Origin: an uncultured Chloroflexia bacterium
GTDB taxonomy: Bacteria; Chloroflexota; Anaerolineae; CG2-30-64-16
Direction of reading: 5' to 3'
Length of the DNA stretch: 64,000 nucleotides
NCBI GenBank assembly: GCA_963810095.1
Contig: CAWEMM010000006.1
Span: forward strand, 576,001 to 640,000
The notes beneath the pieces are model-generated. The model ran no database searches. It worked only from the letters and a program-made list of their open reading frames with translations, and was not told the DNA's origin. The translations under genes and the position numbers were made by a program. Shown in pieces: positions 29,637-41,855 of the stretch (positions are counted from its first letter, which is position 1; every line of letters starts with the position of its first letter).

Positions 29637-31646
29637 ATGCGAGCAGCAGATCCCCTGGCGACTGCAGCGCCTGAACCGCGCGGTGAGACAGCTCCCACGC
29701 GTGCCGAGACCTGGCTGCTGCTCGCTATCTCCGCGGCTCGCGCTGCTGCTTCGCGGCTGGGCGATCGGGTCCAAGGCGCTCTGGTATGACGAAGCGGCGA
29801 CCCTGGCCTTCGCCCGCGCGCCGGTGCCGCAAATCGTCGCCTTTCACTGGCAGTCGGCCTTCGAGCACCCGCCCGTCTGGGCCGTCCTGATGCACTACTG
29901 GATCGCCCTATTCGGCCAGAGCGAGGCCAGCCTGCGCTGGCCCTCGGCCCTGGCCGGGGCGGCCATGCCCTGGGCAACCTGGCTGCTGGGCAGGAACCTC
30001 TGGCCGCGGGCAAGGGTCGCCCGGCTCGCAGCCGCCCTGCTGGTCGCCATCTCCCCGATCTTCATACAGTTCGGCCAGGAAGCGCGCATGTACGCCCTGG
30101 CCGGGCTGCTCTCCACCCTCTCGCTGGCACTGCTGGTCCGGCTCATGCGCGGCATCCGGCCCGCCCTCCTCGTCTGCTTCATCCTGGCCAACTGGGTGAT
30201 GGCGGCCCTGCAGTACTACTATGCGCTCCTGTTCGTCGTCGAAGGGCTGGTCCTCCTCGCGTTCCTGCCCCGCGCCCCGCGCCGGTTTGCGGCGCTCCTG
30301 GCAGCGGTGGCCGTCTCGGCAGTTCCGACTGCGCTGTGGATCGGTCTCGCGCCGGGCTTCCGTGCGACTCTGGCGACCGTGACGGGGGGAACGAGCGCGC
30401 GATCTCAGAACCGGTGGCATACCTTGCCCGTCTCTGGCGCGACTTCGGCTACGGCTCCGTGTCCTTTCAGCCCGCTCAGGCCGCGCTGAGCTACCTGCTG
30501 CTGCCCCTGTTCCTGATCGGGCTCGTCGCGGTGTTCCTCGACGTTCGAGGGCACAGCGCCGCGGATAGGGACGGGCTGGCTGCGCTGCCTCCGGTGCTCG
30601 TCGCCGCGGGGCTGCTCGTCCCGGTGCTTGCGACCGGCGTAATCAGCCTGGCCGCGCCGCTGCGCTGGTTCTTCTATTCGGCCGCGCTCGCGTGCCTGCT
30701 GCTCGGCCTGGCGGTCGAGGTGTTCTGGCGCTGGCGTGCGGGGGCCGGCCTGCTGGCCCTGATCCTGGCCGTCGCGGTTTTCGGGTGGGCCGACCGCTAT
30801 TACTACGCCAGCTATCAGAAGAGCCAATACCGGGAGGCCGGCGCGGCAATTGCGGCGCGTGCACGCCCCGACGATGCGCTGGTGTTGGAGCCGCCACGAC
30901 AGCACCTGCTCGCGAAGGTCTATATGCCGGCCCTGCCGCTCTATACCGTACCTGACGCCGGGCTCCCCGACTTCTGGCCCGTCACCGCGCCGCCGGTGGT
31001 GCCCCAACAGGAAGACAGCAGGCTGCGCGGCATCCTGGCCGGCCACGACAACGTCTGGCTGGTGCAGGCCGGCGAAGATGAGGTCGACAAGGGCGATTTC
31101 GTGCGCCGCTATCTCGGCGCGGTGGCCTACGAGCTGAAATGCGACCGTTACCTCGACGCGAGAGTGTGCCGTTATGTCGCGCCCGACCGGGTCACGGGAG
31201 AATCCCCGGCCCCGGTCCAGCCGGTCTTCGGCGACACCCTTCAGGCCCGGGCCGTGTCGGCCGGCCTGCTGCCCGAGGGCGACGAGACATTCGTGACGGC
31301 ACAGTTTGACTGGCGGCTTGCCGCGGCCTCGCCGCGCGACTTCGTCGTCACGCTGCGCCTGCTGGATGCGGCCGGTGAGCCCGTCGCGCAGCTGGACCGC
31401 CGGCCCATTGGCGATCTGCTGCCCACCTCGACGTGGAGCGCGGGCGACGAGAAGACGGGCTACTTCGCCTTCCCGCTGCCCCAGGTCGCGCCCGGCGACT
31501 ACACGCTGCGGGCCGGCGTGTACGATGCAGCCACGCTTCAGCTCGTCCCCGCCGCGGGCGGGGCAAATGAGGCCCTGGTCACGCTGGCGTGCCTGCGGGT
31601 GAAGCCGGGCCAGGCCGAAATGACGCCGTGCGCGGCAGGAGGATAA
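29637..31646 (+). CDS. GT-C fold (GT39/PMT-like) membrane glycosyltransferase, frameshifts near 29730 and 30400
   Basis: ALWYDEA, EHPPVW, SEASLRWPS, QEARMYAL at the end of ORF 27943..30489; continues in ORF 30336..31646 with a C-terminal beta domain. Confidence 0.8.
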
Positions 31647-31648
31647 CG

Positions 31649-32302
31649 ATGCTCATCCCCTTCCATCACCTGACACCCTCGCAGTTGGCCGAGGTGATCG
31701 CGATCTACGAGGAGGCGCTCGCCGGGCCGTGGGAGTGGCCCGCCGAGCGCCTTGCCGAGTTGGCGCGGCAGCCAGACGAACGGATACTGGCCGCAGCGGC
31801 GCTGGACGGTGACGCCGTCGCCGGCTTCATCATCGACGAGTACCTGCCCGGCGGCCGGCTGTGGTACATCCGCTACTTTGCCGTGCGGGCAAACCTGCGG
31901 GGCCAGGGTTGGGGCGAGCGCATCCTCACCGCCGCGCTGCCCCAAGGCGAAGCTGCCGCCCTGCAGCACGGACACGGGGGGATGCTCGGCGCCGTGCTGG
32001 AGGTGGAAACGGTAGACGGGCCGCCCCCCGACGCGGATCGGGAGCAGCGGGTGCGGCGCCAGCGCTTTTACCGCCGGCTCGGCGCGCTCGACACGGGCGC
32101 CCGGTTCCCGCGGTTGCCCTGGGCGCCACCCGAGATGCCCGATTTCGACCTGTTGCTGATCCCTGGGAGCGGCTGGGACGGGCAGATCGACGATGCCCTG
32201 CGTTGGCACGTCGTCCGCTCGCTCATGGTCGAAGGCTACGATGTCGCCGAAGACGAACCGTGGCTGGCCGCTGCGCTGCAGCAGTACGCCCAAGCCGCCT
32301 GA
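31649..32302 (+). CDS. GNAT-family acetyltransferase
   Basis: YIRYFAVRANLRGQGWG, LEVE, RRQRFYRRLG; RBS AGGAGG. Confidence 0.88.
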   Translation: MLIPFHHLTPSQLAEVIAIYEEALAGPWEWPAERLAELARQPDERILAAAALDGDAVAGFIIDEYLPGGRLWYIRYFAVRANLRGQGWGERILTAALPQGEAAALQHGHGGMLGAVLEVETVDGPPPDADREQRVRRQRFYRRLGALDTGARFPRLPWAPPEMPDFDLLLIPGSGWDGQIDDALRWHVVRSLMVEGYDVAEDEPWLAAALQQYAQAA

Positions 32303-32306
32303 GCCG

Positions 32307-32336
32307 TTGCGCTCGGCCTTGCCCCTATGGTATAAT
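32307..32336 (+). promoter_or_regulatory. Putative sigma70 promoter upstream of DUF151-dnaB
   Basis: TTGCGC, 18 nt, TATAAT with extended -10 TG. Confidence 0.55.
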
Positions 32337-32443
32337 TGGCCGTGCCAGGGTCGAGACGGCCCAGCTACCCGGTCTACCGCGCTCCAGCAGGACGCTCGCA
32401 TGGTGGGATGCCCTGCGACAGGGCACGATTTCGGAGGGTGGAG

Positions 32444-32956
32444 ATGGTCGAAGTAACGATTGACAGCGTGCGGGTGAGCCTCATGTCGCAGCACCGGATT
32501 GTGGTGCTGAAGGAGACGGGCTCCACGCGCTTCTTGCCTATCTGGATCGGCCCGTTCGAGGCCGATGCCATCACGATTGAGCTGCAGAGCGTCGAAGTGG
32601 CGCGGCCCCTCACGCACGACTTGCTGAAGGCGACGATCGAGCAGCTCGGCGCGGAAATCATCGAAGTCTCTATCACCGACCTGCGCAGCGACACGTTCTA
32701 CGCCGAAATCTCGCTGCGCCTGAACGGACGCCGGCTCGCCGTCGATGCCCGGCCAAGCGACGCTATTGCCTTGGCGGTCCGCGCCCGGGTGCCTGTCTAC
32801 GTCTCGAGCGAGGTGATGGAGCAAGCCGGGATCACCCCGGAGGAAGACCTGGAGGGCAGTGCGCTGCCGCCGAGCGCAGAACAAGCGGTCGAGCCGACGC
32901 CGCCCGAGGCATTCCGCGATTTCCTTGAAGGTCTGGATCTGACCGGGCTGGATTAG
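32444..32956 (+). CDS. Bifunctional nuclease family protein (DUF151)
   Basis: [34 protein letters not shown]. Confidence 0.93.
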   Translation: MVEVTIDSVRVSLMSQHRIVVLKETGSTRFLPIWIGPFEADAITIELQSVEVARPLTHDLLKATIEQLGAEIIEVSITDLRSDTFYAEISLRLNGRRLAVDARPSDAIALAVRARVPVYVSSEVMEQAGITPEEDLEGSALPPSAEQAVEPTPPEAFRDFLEGLDLTGLD

Positions 32957-33058
32957 GCAGGCAGCCGGGTTTCCGGCATGAGTTCAGGCGCAACCCTTTT
33001 CGACAAGCCGGCTTCCGAGCCGGCTTCTTAGTCGCATCACAGATCGTGAGTCCAACGC

Positions 33059-34399
33059 GTGGATAAGCTCGACAAGACCGTCCCTGCCAATCCCGAAGCC
33101 GAGGAAGCTGTCCTCGGTTCACTCCTCATCGACCCCGACGGCGTGCTCAAGGTGGCGTCCTTCCTCGAGGCGGAGGACTTCTACCGCGAGCGCAACGGGT
33201 GGATCTACCGCGCCATCCTCGACCTGCACGAGCGACGGGAGCCGGCGGACTTCGTCACCCTCTGCGACGAGCTCGAGCGCAACAACCTGTTACAGGAAGT
33301 CGGGGGCGCGGCGTACATCACGCAGCTCGTTAACAACGTCCCGTCGGCCGCGTACGTGGAGCACTATGGGCACATCGTCGAGCGGACCTCGACACTGCGC
33401 CGGCTGATCGACGCGGCCGGACAGATCGCTGGGCTGGCGTACGAGGAGGCACAGGAGGTCGACGAGATCGTCGACCGCGCCGAACAGATCGTCTTCAACG
33501 TCGCGGAGCGCCGCATCCGCCGCGACCTGGTGCCTGTCCGGCAGGTCATGCACGACGTCGTGGACCGGATCGACTACCTGCACCGCCACCAGGGCCAGAT
33601 CCTCGGCGTGCCAAGCGGATTTACACAGCTCGACCGCCTCCTGGGCGGCTTCCAGAAGTCCGACCTGATCATCCTGGCTGCCCGGCCCGCGGTGGGCAAG
33701 ACCTCGCTCTCGCTCAACTTCGCGCTCAACGCGGCACGTAAGTTCCGCAAAGTCGTCGCCTACTTCAGCCTCGAGATGAGCTCTGAGCAGCTGGTGCAGC
33801 GTCTCCTGGCCATGGAGACGGGCATCGACCAGCAGCGCCTGCGCAAGGGAGAGATCGAGGACCACGACTGGGACATGATCATGCTGGCCGCGGGCGAGCT
33901 GTCGGGCACGATGCTGCACATCGACGACACGCCGGCCATGTCTGCCCTCGAGCTGCGCACGAAAGCGCGGCGGCTGCAGGCCGAACATGGGCTGGACCTG
34001 GTCGTGGTCGACTATCTGCAGCTCATGCGGGGCGACAACAAGAGCGAGAATCGGGTGCAGGAGATCAGCTACATTTCCCGGGCGCTGAAAGGACTCGCGC
34101 GCGAGCTCGAGTGCCCTGTCATCGCCTTGTCGCAGTTGTCCCGGGCCGTCGAATCGCGCTCAGACCATAAGCCGATGCTATCGGATCTTCGTGAGTCTGG
34201 CTCCATCGAGCAGGACTCGGATATTGTTATGTTCATTTATCGTGAAGATATGCAGAAAGAGAACAGCGACAAGAAAAACATCGCGGACATCATCGTCGCC
34301 AAGCACCGCAATGGTCCCACCGACACGATTCCGTTGTACTTCAGGAAAGAGCTCACGAAGTTCGAAAACCTCGAGATGGTGCGGGAGCCGCTGGAGTAA
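33059..34399 (+). CDS. dnaB: Replicative DNA helicase
   Basis: [64 protein letters not shown]. Confidence 0.98.
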   Translation: MDKLDKTVPANPEAEEAVLGSLLIDPDGVLKVASFLEAEDFYRERNGWIYRAILDLHERREPADFVTLCDELERNNLLQEVGGAAYITQLVNNVPSAAYVEHYGHIVERTSTLRRLIDAAGQIAGLAYEEAQEVDEIVDRAEQIVFNVAERRIRRDLVPVRQVMHDVVDRIDYLHRHQGQILGVPSGFTQLDRLLGGFQKSDLIILAARPAVGKTSLSLNFALNAARKFRKVVAYFSLEMSSEQLVQRLLAMETGIDQQRLRKGEIEDHDWDMIMLAAGELSGTMLHIDDTPAMSALELRTKARRLQAEHGLDLVVVDYLQLMRGDNKSENRVQEISYISRALKGLARELECPVIALSQLSRAVESRSDHKPMLSDLRESGSIEQDSDIVMFIYREDMQKENSDKKNIADIIVAKHRNGPTDTIPLYFRKELTKFENLEMVREPLE

Positions 34400-34420
34400 T
34401 GCGATGAGGGACGTGCTGCG

Positions 34421-35131
34421 ATGAGCGAACAGATGCAGGGCTTTCCCGGCTTTCCGGCCGGCAAGATGGCGACGACGCCGCTGCCGAACCTTTTCTTCAG
34501 CGAGTTGCTGCCCCTGATCGACAACCTGGCCGAGCTGAAGGTCGTGCTGCACCTCTTTTGGCTGATCGGCAAGAAGCGCGGGGCCCTGCGCTATGCCCGG
34601 CTCGACGAGCTGCTGCATGATCGCCGCCTCCTCGAGGGGCTGGCAACGCCGAAGCTGTCGGGCGAGGCGGTGCTGGCGGATGCGCTCGAACGGGCCGTGG
34701 CGCGCGGCGCGCTGCTCCACACCGAAGTCACCCGCGGCCGCGAGACCGAGCAGTGGTACATGATCAACAGCGCGAACGGCCGGGAGGTGCTCGACCGGCT
34801 CGAGTCGGGCGAGCTCGACCTGCTGGGCGAGAGCGGCGAGGACGTTCAGTTGCAGAGCGAGCGGCCGACGATCTTCGTGCTCTACGAACAGAACATCGGC
34901 CTGCTCACCCCGATGATCGCGGACGAGCTGCGCGACGCCGAGCGGCACTTCCCTGCGGAATGGATTGCGGATGCCTTCCGCCAGGCCGTACTGCACAACA
35001 AGCGCAGTTGGAAGTATGTGCTTGCGATTCTCGAGCGCTGGCGCACGGAGGGGCGCGGGGGCACACGCCAGGAGCGTGAGCTCGACGCGTACGATGCGCC
35101 CGACGGCTACGAAGGGATTATCAAGCATTGA
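34421..35131 (+). CDS. DnaD-domain replication protein
   Basis: N-terminal LPNLFFSELLPLI..LAELKV winged-helix-like region; C-terminal IFVLYEQNIG...AFRQAV..NKRSWKYVLAILERW (YxxxIxxxW motif). Confidence 0.88.
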   Translation: MSEQMQGFPGFPAGKMATTPLPNLFFSELLPLIDNLAELKVVLHLFWLIGKKRGALRYARLDELLHDRRLLEGLATPKLSGEAVLADALERAVARGALLHTEVTRGRETEQWYMINSANGREVLDRLESGELDLLGESGEDVQLQSERPTIFVLYEQNIGLLTPMIADELRDAERHFPAEWIADAFRQAVLHNKRSWKYVLAILERWRTEGRGGTRQERELDAYDAPDGYEGIIKH

Positions 35132-35150
35132 TAGGGCGGGAGCGACAGCG

Positions 35151-36594
35151 ATGAAGCGATTGAGTGACTTGATGGGCGACCTCCAGCCGCCACAGGGACG
35201 CGGGGCGGAGCCGGACGGGCCAAATAAGAACGAGCCGCGCATCAGCCTGCCCGAGGAAGACGTCTGTCCGATCTGTAAGGGCCGCGGCTTCGTGGTGCTC
35301 GACGTGCCCTCCGGCCATCCGGACTTTGGCAAGCTGATCGCCTGCCGGTGCACCGAGGCGCGCATCGCCCTCAACCGCAGCCGCGAGCTGCACGGCCTGA
35401 GCAACCTGGGCGGGCTGGACCGGATGACGTTCGATACGTTCCTGCCCGACGGTGTCAGCTTGCCCGAGTCCGTCCGCGCGGCGCTGCACCGGGCCTTTGA
35501 TCTCAGCCTCGATTTCGCGAAACGGCCGCGGGGGTGGCTGGTGCTGCTGGGCGGCTTCGGCGCAGGGAAGACGCACCTGGCCGCGGCGATCACGAACTAC
35601 AATATCGATCTGGGGCGCCCGGCGATCTTTGTGGTGGTGCCCGACCTGCTCGACCACCTGCGGGCGGCCTTCGGCCCCAGCAGCGAGAGCGGCCTGGACG
35701 AGCGACTCGATGCGATCCGCGAGACGCCGCTGTTGGTGCTCGACGACCTCGGCGCGCACCACTCCACGCCGTGGGCGCAGGAGAAGCTGTTCCAAATCCT
35801 GAACCACCGGTACAACAGTCGCCTGCCCACCGTCATCACGACGAATCAGCGGCTGGAAGAGCTGGACCCGCGGGTCGCCTCCCGCCTGGCCGATCTCGAC
35901 CTGAGCCAGATCTTCGAAATCCCAGCGCCCGACTACCGGCAAGGTGGCGGGGGCGGAGGGGTGCTCGACCGAGGGGCGCGCAACCTGAGTTCGCTGGGCC
36001 TGCACGCAGATCAAACTTTCGACAATTTCTCCCTGCGCCGCCACGAGGAAATGGACGCGGCGCGCAAGGACAACCTGGCGCGCGCAGTGCACGAGGCGCG
36101 TTCGTTTGCCGAGCGCCGCGGCGGGCTGGCTCGTGCTCAGTGGGACGTACGGCTGCGGCAAGACCCACCTCGCCGCTGCAATCGCGAATTTCCAGGCGGC
36201 GGCCGGCCGGCCCACGCCCATGTTCGTCGTCGTGCCCGACCTGCTCGACCATTTGCGTGCCACCTTCAGCCCTACAGCCGGCGTGACCCTCGACCGCGTC
36301 TTCGAACAGGTCAAATCGGCGCCACTCCTGGTGCTCGACGATCTGGGCACCGAAAGCGCGACGCCGTGGGCCCGTGAAAAGCTGTTCCAGTTGCTTAATC
36401 ACCGCTACGCGGCACGACTGGCGACGGTGATTACCACGACCGCACACATCGGCGACATCGAGCCCCGGCTGCAGAGCCGGATGCTGGACACCACCCGGTG
36501 CACGTTCTTTGTCATCGAGGCGCCTAGTTACCGGGGCAGCGTTTCGCAACGCAACGAAAGCAAGCCGGCCCACAGATCCCGCACGCGTGGGTAA
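35151..36594 (+). CDS. DnaC/IstB-like helicase loader with Zn-binding N-terminus and two tandem AAA+ domains, apparent frameshift near 36115
   Basis: CPIC...CRC; domain 1 [14 protein letters not shown] / LLVLDDLG; domain 2 [14 protein letters not shown] / LLVLDDLG in ORF 36106..36594. Confidence 0.88.
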
Positions 36595-36595
36595 G

Positions 36596-36703
36596 GGCAG
36601 AAACTGCGTTTCTGGCAGAAACTGCGTTGCTGGCAGAAGCCACGTTGCTGGCAGAAGCCACGTTGCTGGCAGAAACTACGTTGCGGACAAAAACGTAGTT
36701 TCT
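36596..36703. repeat. Tandem array of six 18-bp units
   Basis: GGCAGAAACTGCGTTTCT, GGCAGAAACTGCGTTGCT, GGCAGAAGCCACGTTGCT x2, GGCAGAAACTACGTTGCG, GACAAAAACGTAGTTTCT. Confidence 0.92.
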
Positions 36704-36735
36704 TGGTGTCTTCGTGCCTTTATGGTAAACTCGTC

Positions 36736-36762
36736 TTAGCACTCTCACATTGACATTGCGAA
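36736..36762 (+). promoter_or_regulatory. Degenerate upstream CIRCE
   Basis: TTAGCACTC-N9-CATTGCGAA (left arm perfect, right arm 6/9). Confidence 0.6.
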
Positions 36763-36778
36763 AAGGACCCCTTCGAAT

Positions 36779-36807
36779 TTGACGTTTGCGGGGAACTTGA
36801 GTAAAAT
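36779..36807 (+). promoter_or_regulatory. Sigma70 promoter of groES-groEL
   Basis: TTGACG, 17 nt, TAAAAT. Confidence 0.8.
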
Positions 36808-36817
36808 CGGCCTTGTG

Positions 36818-36844
36818 TTAGCACTCGGTATGACTGAGTGCTAA
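36818..36844 (+). promoter_or_regulatory. CIRCE element (HrcA operator)
   Basis: Perfect TTAGCACTC-GGTATGACT-GAGTGCTAA upstream of groES. Confidence 0.97.
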
Positions 36845-36920
36845 CACAAGGCCGATTCGTTTTCCACGCCCAGACAACTGGGCCTATCGTCAAACATCTA
36901 CCAAGGGAGGCTGTTGGACT

Positions 36921-37208
36921 ATGAATCTTAAGCCGCTCGCCGATCGCCTGGTCGTCGAACCGCTCGAGCAGGAAGAAGTCACCGCCGGTGGCATCATCCT
37001 GCCCGAAACCGCCAAGGAAAAGCCGCAGCAGGGCAAGGTCGTGGCTGCAGGCCCCGGCCGCACCGACGAAAAGGGTGAACGCGTCGCCATGGAAGTCAAG
37101 GTTGGCGACACCGTCCTCTACGCCAAGTACAGTGGCACCGAGATCAAGCTCGGCGGGAAGAAGAACCTGATCCTGCGCGAGTCTGACGTTCTGGCCATCG
37201 TCGAATAA
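36921..37208 (+). CDS. groES: Co-chaperonin GroES
   Basis: [12 protein letters not shown]...[18 protein letters not shown]...YAKYSGTE. Confidence 0.99.
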   Translation: MNLKPLADRLVVEPLEQEEVTAGGIILPETAKEKPQQGKVVAAGPGRTDEKGERVAMEVKVGDTVLYAKYSGTEIKLGGKKNLILRESDVLAIVE

Positions 37209-37213
37209 TCTAA

Positions 37214-38869
<1,656 letters not shown>

Positions 38870-38905
38870 GCCGGCGAACGATTGCGCCGATAGCTTAGGC
38901 TAACC

Positions 38906-38959
38906 AGAAACCCGGTTTCGCCCAGCCACGCTGGGGTGTGAGAAACCGGGTTTCTTTTT
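38906..38959 (+). terminator. Terminator after groEL formed by AGAAACCCGGTTTC repeat arms
   Basis: AGAAACCCGGTTTC...GAAACCGGGTTTCT then T run, between convergent genes. Confidence 0.85.
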
Positions 38960-38978
38960 GGTCCCCGCCCGCTTGCGA

Positions 38979-40214
38979 TCAAATGCCGGGCGCCGGCTTC
39001 ACCGTCGTCGCCGCCGGCTGCACGTCTTTCTGTTTGCTCAGCGGCCGCATGCCGAACAGGAAGCGGAGCACGTTGTTGCGGCGGATCGCAAACTCGTAGA
39101 TCCCCAGGATAATCCCCAGTGAGCCGACGCCGATGATCACGAACTTCGCCAGGTCAGAGACGGGCCAGCGCACGACGAAGTACCCGACGGTAAGCAGTAC
39201 GCTTTGGTGCAGGACATAGAACGGCAGCACCGCCTCGTTCGCATACCGAAGGAACGGGGTCGTGAAATTGAGGCTGCGCATCCCGTGCCCGAGCCAGGCC
39301 ATGATCCAGGTCCAGGAGCCCAGGCCCAGCAGCCCCCAGAAGATCGCCCAGTCAGTCGTGCCGTACGACGGATCTCCGCGTGCCGAGTTGAATACGACCA
39401 GTCCGGCCACGATCAGCACGCCCAGGCCGGTGGAAACCCAGCGCCACTGTTTGATGCGCGCTTGCAGCTGCTCGCTCGACAAAATGATGAACCCGGCGAT
39501 GAAAAACCAGGCATGGGGCGCCATGCCCCACCCGCCCCAGTCACGGCGGCCGAAGAGCGACTGCGGGTCCAGAAAGATTACGGTGAGCACCGTCGGCAGC
39601 GCCAGGAGATACATGGCGGCCGGCAGTGAAAGGAAGCGGGTCAGCGCAGCGAGCTGGCGCCGTGCAGGGCCGCGCAGGAGGGCAAACAGCGGATAGAACA
39701 CGAGCGAGAACACCAGGAGCATCAGCAGGTACCAAAGGTGCAACCCCATCCAGGCGAAGTTGCCCCCAAAGCCGTACCAGCCCTTGAAGTACTCGGGGAT
39801 GAACTGCCAGAAGCTGCCGAAGAACAGCTGGTGCGTCGTCTTCTCCAGGTACACCTGGAACATCACATGCGTAAAGATGCCGACGACAAGGGGCACGCCC
39901 AGCCGGAGCAGTTTGTCCTTTGCGAAGAACAGAAAGCCGTTCGCCTTGGTACGGGGGGTGGCGCCGCCGGCCGCCTTCTTGCCCATGGCGAGAAATGCGC
40001 TCGCGCCCGAGACAATGAAAATCATCGGCATGAGCCAGCTGCCGAGGAACGCAATCCAGATGTCCATCCACTCGTACGTGGTGACGTTCTTGACGTGCCA
40101 AAACGCGGTGTCGAAAAAGCGGCTGTCGTGGAAGACGAAGACACAGAGGATCAGGAGCACGCGCAGCCAGTCGAGATCGTAACGGCGGATCGAGGTCGGG
40201 GCGTTCGTCTTCAT
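38979..40214 (-). CDS. Acyltransferase family 3 (OpgC/MdoC-like)
   Basis: RRYDLDWLRV, MPMIFIVSG, KLLRLGVP, HLWYL, YANEAVLPFYVLHQ. Confidence 0.92.
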   Translation of the reverse strand: MKTNAPTSIRRYDLDWLRVLLILCVFVFHDSRFFDTAFWHVKNVTTYEWMDIWIAFLGSWLMPMIFIVSGASAFLAMGKKAAGGATPRTKANGFLFFAKDKLLRLGVPLVVGIFTHVMFQVYLEKTTHQLFFGSFWQFIPEYFKGWYGFGGNFAWMGLHLWYLLMLLVFSLVFYPLFALLRGPARRQLAALTRFLSLPAAMYLLALPTVLTVIFLDPQSLFGRRDWGGWGMAPHAWFFIAGFIILSSEQLQARIKQWRWVSTGLGVLIVAGLVVFNSARGDPSYGTTDWAIFWGLLGLGSWTWIMAWLGHGMRSLNFTTPFLRYANEAVLPFYVLHQSVLLTVGYFVVRWPVSDLAKFVIIGVGSLGIILGIYEFAIRRNNVLRFLFGMRPLSKQKDVQPAATTVKPAPGI

Positions 40215-40481
40215 ACTTCACTCCCGTGGGCCGGTGTGGTGCAGCGGTTCGGGCCAGTCGGCTTTCCCCGTCCATCTGTTCATACGCAAGGTGCCGAGGT
40301 AGGTTGCTCGATCTCAGCCATGCGGCCCCGCTTCTCGGGCCCCCGTTTCCGGGGCCCCCGCTTCTCAGCGGACCACCACTTGCAGCGCGGAACCTCGCGG
40401 TTGCGCCGGACGTTGAGTGTATTCACAAGCCTGGTGCAACCTTGTAGTGAGTTCAGCACAGGCGAAGAGGAGAGTGGGAGT

Positions 40482-40655
40482 ATGTTAGGCGGGTTGATTC
40501 ATGGAACTTTGTGGCTGGCCGCAATCGGCCTGCTCGCAATTCTGGTGGTCCTCGCGGTCATCGTCGGATTTGTCCGGCGGGCAACCGGCAACGCGCACCC
40601 GGGTGGCACGAGCGCTGATGTCAAGATGGACCGGGACGATACGATCCGGCCATAG
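40482..40655 (+). CDS. Small single-pass membrane protein, 57 aa
   Basis: MLGGLIHGTLWLAAIGLLAILVVLAVIVGFVRR... with GGAG upstream of the ATG. Confidence 0.5.
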   Translation: MLGGLIHGTLWLAAIGLLAILVVLAVIVGFVRRATGNAHPGGTSADVKMDRDDTIRP

Positions 40656-40693
40656 GTGGCACCCAACTACTGCAACCAAAACCGTGAGGCGCC

Positions 40694-41080
40694 TTATCGG
40701 ACGATGAGGCGCCTCACGAGCATAATGGCCCCGGCGGCGATGGCCACCCAGACGAGCGCGATCACGGCAGCGGCGACCCAGTTCACAGGTTTCCCTTGCG
40801 ACGCGAGCAAACGGCCCCGCTCCCTGTGCTCTTGGAGCACCTCGGGCGGGATCATGCGGATGGCCAGGCTGATCCCTAAAGGGATCAGGACCAGGTCGTC
40901 CAGGTAGCCGAGCACCGGCACGAAATCCGGGATGAGGTCGATCGGGCTGAAGGCATACGCCACGACGCAAAGGGCAAAGACCCGCGCATACCACGGCACG
41001 CGCGGGTCACGATAAGCACCGTAGAGGGCGTAAGTCCAGGCCTTGAGCTCCCTGGCCCGCTCCCGCAAGCGCTCGAGCAA
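40694..41080 (-). CDS. YkvA/DUF1232-family membrane protein
   Basis: DPRVPWYAR...[22 protein letters not shown]; probable TTG start at 41080. Confidence 0.9.
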   Translation of the reverse strand: MLERLRERARELKAWTYALYGAYRDPRVPWYARVFALCVVAYAFSPIDLIPDFVPVLGYLDDLVLIPLGISLAIRMIPPEVLQEHRERGRLLASQGKPVNWVAAAVIALVWVAIAAGAIMLVRRLIVR

Positions 41081-41081
41081 G

Positions 41082-41747
41082 CTAGCTCGGGTCCTCGGAC
41101 GCGGATAGGACGGCGACGCGCAGGCCCTGCTCCTCGCACAGGTAGCGAAACTTCTCGACGTCCCCTTCGCCACCGACGATATCGCCGTAGTGCATCGGCA
41201 CGAAGTACTCGGCCTTGATGACCTTGGCCGCCTCGAACGCCTCGTCCGCCGTCATGACATACGTGCCCGAAACCGGCAGCAGTGCCACCGTGACCTGGAT
41301 GTGCGCCATCTCGGGGATAACATCTGTGTCGCCCGCATGGTACAGCGTCTCGCCGCCCAACTCGACAATGTAGCCGTTGCCGTGCATCTCCGGCGGATGG
41401 AAAAGCCGGTCGGGGCTGCGGTACTTGTTGGTGTTGTACGCCGGCACGGCACGAATCGTCGCGTGGTCGAGCGCCAACGACTCACCGGGCCGGATGTACT
41501 GCGCCCGCTGCCCCAGCTTATCGTCCGCGTGCGGACTCGCCACGACTGTCGTGTCGGGCCGTGAGATCCGGGCAATGTCGTCTGGCGAACAGTGGTCGGT
41601 GTGCCCGTGGGTAATGAGAATGATGTCGGCGGGCGGGCTGCCGTCGGGCAGCTTCCACGGGTCGATGTAGATCACGGGTGGACCGTCGAGTCGAAAGGAA
41701 GCGTGGCCGAGACGCTTCAGGTTGCGCATGATGTCCGGATAGAGCAT
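41082..41747 (-). CDS. MBL-fold metallo-hydrolase
   Basis: [30 protein letters not shown]. Confidence 0.92.
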   Translation of the reverse strand: MLYPDIMRNLKRLGHASFRLDGPPVIYIDPWKLPDGSPPADIILITHGHTDHCSPDDIARISRPDTTVVASPHADDKLGQRAQYIRPGESLALDHATIRAVPAYNTNKYRSPDRLFHPPEMHGNGYIVELGGETLYHAGDTDVIPEMAHIQVTVALLPVSGTYVMTADEAFEAAKVIKAEYFVPMHYGDIVGGEGDVEKFRYLCEEQGLRVAVLSASEDPS

Positions 41748-41855
41748 CGTGACCTCCCACTCGTAGGGGCAAGGCAACCGGGGTTGCCTCGCCCACGTTC
41801 ATGATCGCCCGTGCGCCGCAATTCGGGCGAGGCATCCTGCCAGATGCCATCGCGC

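Noticed and set aside
27943-30489. 848-aa peptidase-glycosyltransferase fusion in the ORF track
   Set aside because: Artifact of frameshifts: the M14 gene ends at 29632 in another frame and the GT-C gene has its own ATG at 29637
35151-36594. IS21 element (IstB ATPase)
   Set aside because: No IstA transposase or terminal inverted repeats; the gene has a Zn-binding N-terminus and sits in the dnaB-dnaD operon
33059-36594. Prophage replication module
   Set aside because: No integrase, structural or lysis genes; flanked by housekeeping DUF151 and groESL
36596-36703. CRISPR array
   Set aside because: Units are contiguous 18-mers with no unique spacers, and no cas genes are present
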